Shown: positions 59,669 to 64,000 of the stretch, piece after piece
Layout of the letters: every line of letters begins with the position of its first letter
How positions within the stretch are numbered: the stretch's first letter is position 1
Source of the DNA: an uncultured Planctomycetota bacterium
GTDB taxonomy: Bacteria; Planctomycetota; PLA2; JAEUHO01
Direction: 5' to 3'
NCBI GenBank assembly: GCA_963752285.1
Contig: CAVVXN010000003.1
Coordinates: forward strand, 96,001-160,000
DNA length: 64,000 nt
The notes under the pieces: generated by a model
Told to the model about the DNA's origin: nothing
Seen by the model: the letters and a program-made list of their open reading frames with translations, nothing else
Databases searched by the model: none
Program-made: the position numbers and the translations under genes

Positions 59669-60150
59669 GGGCTCGCGGCGTCGGCCTTCGGCCTCGCCGC
59701 ATTGCCCTTGTGAGGCCCCAGCCCCGGGGAGGGAGCTGGGGCCTCTTCTCGTTTCGGGGGGGCTCGCGGCTTCGGCCTTCGGCCTTGCCGCCTCGCCCTT
59801 CGTAGGGGCGGGCTCGCGGCGTCGGCCTTTGGCCTCGCCGCATTGCCCTTGTGAGGCCCCAGCCCCGGGGAGGGAGCTGGGGCCTCTTCTCGTTTCGGGG
59901 GGGCTCGCGGCTTCGGCCTTCGGCCTTGCCGCCTCGCCCTTCGGAGGTGCGGGCTCGCGGCGTCGGCCTTTGGCCTCGCCGCATTGCCCTCGAGGCTCCG
60001 GCCCCGGGGAGGGAGCTGGGGCCTCTTCTCGTTTCGGGGGGGCTCGCGGCTTCGGCCTTCGGCCTTGCCGCCTCGCCCCTCGGAGGTGCGGGCTCGCGGC
60101 TTCGGCCTTCGGCCTTGCCGCATGGCCCTTCGGGGGGGTGGGCTCGCGGC
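59669..60150. repeat. Tandem hairpin array 3: three-part XYZ unit, ~141-nt period, three copies plus extra units
   Basis: X = GGGCTCGCGGCGTCGGCCTTYGGCCTCGCCGCATTGCCC, Y = GAGGCCCCAGCCCCGGGGAGGGAGCTGGGGCCTC, Z = GGGCTCGCGGCTTCGGCCTTCGGCCTTGCCGCCTCGCCC. X starts at 59669, 59810, 59951. Confidence 0.92.
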
Positions 60151-60271
60151 TTGGGGGTTTGGGTTTCGGGTTTCGGGGTGGGCGCGGGGCGTGGGCGTGC
60201 GGGGGGTGGGGGATCGGGAGGGGGCGTTGGGGTAGGACTCTTGGTCCCTCGGGGCCTTATGGGGTTGGCGG

Positions 60272-60289
60272 GTGACGGCGTTGTGACCG
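60272..60289. promoter_or_regulatory. Pho-box-like 11-bp-period direct repeat upstream of porin 2
   Basis: GTGACGG-cgtt-GTGACCG; the reverse strand reads CGGTCAC-N4-CCGTCAC. Confidence 0.45.
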
Positions 60290-60434
60290 GCTTCGGGCCC
60301 ACTGTGGGGGTGGCACGCTCTCTCGGGGGCCCTGCAGGAGGCCCGCGCGCGTGTCTTGCGCATCGCAGGCGAACGGCGGGACCGGCCAGGCCGGTACGGA
60401 GCCGCCGGTGATCGACAAGGGAGGTTGGCAAATC

Positions 60435-61874
60435 ATGAAGCGAATCGCATTGGCGGTCGTCGTCGCCGGTCTGCTCGCGTGGGTCGCGACGCCGGCGCGC
60501 GCGAGCGACCAGCCGACGACCGCCGACATCGACACGGCGGTTTCGAACTATCTCGCGTCGGCCCAGAGCGACGCGAGCCTCGTCGGTGGCACGGGCAGCG
60601 CCGGGTACGACTCCGGTTTCTGGATCCGTGGCGGGGACTTCACGCTCAGGATCAACCTGACGCTGCAGGCCCGCTACGAGATCTTCAAGTTCGACAAGGA
60701 CGAGCAGCTCGGCTTCCGCGCCCCCCGGACGGTCGTGACGACGAACCAGCAGGTCGGTCCCGCGGGCCTGCCCGGCGGCGGCGACCTGTCGGGCTTCTCA
60801 CTGCCGCGTTCGATCCTGAAGTTCAGCGGCACGGCTCCGTGCAACGTCCGCTACTACGTCGAGATGGACTTCGGCCATCACGGCGGCTCGCTCTACGGGC
60901 TGCCGTGGACGTACGCGGGCTACCTCGCGCAGTTCAACGGCGCGATGTGGCTGAACAACTGGTACCAGTACTCGAACACGCGTGAGGCGTGGATCGAGTG
61001 GGGGATGAGCGACCTGCTCAACGTCCGGATGGGTCAGATCATGATCCCGAGCACCCGTCAGCTGATGACGGCTCCGGAGCTGCAGCAGTTCGTGGACATC
61101 TCGATGGCGTCGTCTCTGACGGGCCAGCTGCAGCCGGGCTACACGGATCGCAACCGCGACATGGGCGTGATGGTCCATGGGACGTTCGGCTGCGCGAACG
61201 ACTGGCAGTACATGCTGGCGGTCACGAACGGGGACGGCGGGGACTCGATCCGCAACGTGCTCAACCCCCTGACCAACGACAACTTCATGTACAGCGGTCG
61301 TCTGAACTGGGCGTTCCTGGAGCCGATCGGCTACACGGAAGGCGCGACCCGGTTCAAGAGCTGCACGTGGTACGGCGAGGCCGGCGTGTGGGGCAGCTAC
61401 TACGCGCAGCGCGTGGACCACCCGCACACGAAGATCGGCAACCGCCTGATGTTCGGCGGCGACGTGGCGTTGGGCTACGGCGGCTTCTCGTTCACGGGAG
61501 CCTTCACGTACTACAAGTTCAACAAGAGCGACGTGGGGATCCTGGACGAGGACTGGTACCTGATCCTGGTGCAGGCGGGGTACCTCTTCCCGGACACGCC
61601 GTGGGAGATCGCGGCTCGTTGGAGCTACTACAACCGCAAGATCGCGGCGGCGGGCGGCGACCTCAAGCCGACCACGAGCGAGATCTCGGGTGCGATCAAC
61701 TACTACCTGAACGGCCACGGCAACAAGCTGACGCTGGACTTCACGTACATCTCCGCGAAGGCCGACGGCGCGGCGGGTGGCGGCTGGTTCGACGTGTACC
61801 CGGGCGTGCCGCTCGGTTACGACTCCGACGCCAACCACTACCTAATCCGCTTCCAGTGGCAGTTGGCGCTCTGA
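60435..61874 (+). CDS. Outer-membrane porin, phosphate-selective porin O/P-like (copy 2)
   Basis: Near-identical to 58097..59521 apart from the signal peptide, one loop and one S/A change. GGGAGG SD. Confidence 0.85.
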   Translation: MKRIALAVVVAGLLAWVATPARASDQPTTADIDTAVSNYLASAQSDASLVGGTGSAGYDSGFWIRGGDFTLRINLTLQARYEIFKFDKDEQLGFRAPRTVVTTNQQVGPAGLPGGGDLSGFSLPRSILKFSGTAPCNVRYYVEMDFGHHGGSLYGLPWTYAGYLAQFNGAMWLNNWYQYSNTREAWIEWGMSDLLNVRMGQIMIPSTRQLMTAPELQQFVDISMASSLTGQLQPGYTDRNRDMGVMVHGTFGCANDWQYMLAVTNGDGGDSIRNVLNPLTNDNFMYSGRLNWAFLEPIGYTEGATRFKSCTWYGEAGVWGSYYAQRVDHPHTKIGNRLMFGGDVALGYGGFSFTGAFTYYKFNKSDVGILDEDWYLILVQAGYLFPDTPWEIAARWSYYNRKIAAAGGDLKPTTSEISGAINYYLNGHGNKLTLDFTYISAKADGAAGGGWFDVYPGVPLGYDSDANHYLIRFQWQLAL

Positions 61875-61965
61875 GAGGCCAGTTCGCGGCCCTTCCTCCT
61901 CCTTGCGTGCGTTCGCACGCGGCGTCGTCGTCATGGCCACTCCTTTGGCCTCTCAGACCGCCAAC
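61862..61965. repeat. Structured dispersed repeat ('leader'), copy 4 of 4; overlaps the porin 2 stop codon
   Basis: GTTGGCGCTCTGAGAGGCCA / TGGCCTCTCAGACCGCCAAC stem; core with one A>G change in the inner hairpin loop. Confidence 0.92.
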
Positions 61966-61985
61966 CGCATGCGCACGCGGGGGGG

Positions 61986-62327
61986 GGGCTCGCGGCTTCG
62001 GCCTTCGGCCTCGCCGCATTGCCCTCGAGGCCCCGGCCCCCGGGAGGGAGCTGGGGCCTCTCGTTTCGGCGGGCTCGCGGCTTCGGCCTTCGGCCTCGCC
62101 GCATTGCCCTTGAGGCCCCGGCCCCCGGGAGGGAGCTGGGGCCTCTCGTTTCGGCGGGCTCGCGGCTTCGGCCTTCGGCCTCGCCGCATTGCCCTCGAGG
62201 CCCCGGCCCCCGGGAGGGAGCTGGGGCCTCTCGTTTCGGCGGGCTCGCGGCTTCGGCCTTCGGCCTCGCCGCATTGCCCTTGAGGCCCCAGCCCCGGGGA
62301 GGGAGCTGGGGCCTCGTCTCGTTTCGG
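61986..62327. repeat. Tandem hairpin array 4: two-part XY unit, 85-nt period, four copies
   Basis: CTC of GGGCTCGCGG at 61989, 62074, 62159, 62244. Each unit is an X-type hairpin plus a Y-type hairpin plus TCGTTTCGG. Confidence 0.92.
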
Positions 62328-62422
62328 GGGGGCGGCTGGGGCGTTTGGGCTGGCGGCGGTGCGTTGGGGGGGGGCGTGAAGGGGGGGGATTGCGCTCGCG
62401 GCGGGAATCGTTAGGCTACGGC

Positions 62423-62542
62423 CGTCCGGCGTGAAGTCGGACGACCCGTCGGGTCCGATCCTGCCCTCATGGGGACCCAGCGGGCATTGCCCTGCCTCCT
62501 ACCCGCCCCGGCGTCGAGTTCGAACGCCGGGGCATCTTCTTT
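62423..62542 (+). ncRNA. Candidate ~120-nt sRNA or terminated leader upstream of uvrA
   Basis: TTGCGC-16-TAGGCT promoter-like motif (62390-62417), 5' hairpin CGTCCGG/TCGGACG, a CCTCCT motif, terminal terminator. Confidence 0.35.
62505..62542 (+). terminator. Intrinsic terminator
   Basis: GCCCCGGCGT...ACGCCGGGGC stem followed by ATCTTCTTT. Confidence 0.65.
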
Positions 62543-62593
62543 GGGGGCGGCGGGGGACCCGCGCGGTCCACCTTCGAATACCATGACGCGCCC

Positions 62594-64000
<1,407 letters not shown>

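Noticed and set aside
58097..61874. Diversity-generating retroelement (template/variable repeat pair)
   Set aside because: Both copies are full genes, the differences are an indel-containing loop and not adenine-specific substitutions, and no reverse transcriptase is in the window.
62467..62500. Minus-strand micro-ORF MPAGSP with AGGAGG SD
   Set aside because: Six codons with no supporting promoter or conservation evidence; equally explained as the complement of the CCTCCT motif in the sRNA candidate.

Overview
Very GC-rich bacterial chromosomal DNA, probably Planctomycetota/PVC (inferred from the planctomycete-type hypothetical proteins, FHA/Ser-Thr kinase genes, a Cys/Pro-rich envelope lipoprotein and porins ending RFQWQLAL). 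The window is mostly housekeeping and metabolic genes: mscL (partial), gpmA, nadE, rnd, elbB, mrp/apbC, speA, ribBA, clpP, polA, hbd/crt, a permuted aconitase-family fusion, leuB, queF, moeA, a NuoE-NuoF fusion, rbsK, tRNA-Leu(GAG), two near-identical porins and a partial, frameshifted uvrA. I saw no transposase, integrase, phage or cas gene. The most striking unexplained structure is non-coding. A ~100-nt structured element (64-nt near-invariant core inside a covarying 19-22 bp stem) occurs four times, always at the stop codon of a + strand gene. Each copy is followed by a tandem array of related GGGCTCGCGG...TTYG...CCGC hairpins, and the unit organisation differs from locus to locus. Other notable items: the porin pair differs mainly in one loop and each has a Pho-box-like direct repeat upstream; many genes have apparent leaderless promoters; there is a 119-aa almost purely acidic protein, a degenerate stand-alone DnaB C-terminal domain, and two candidate sRNAs with the same terminator tail. 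All calls are from reading by eye; no searches were run.
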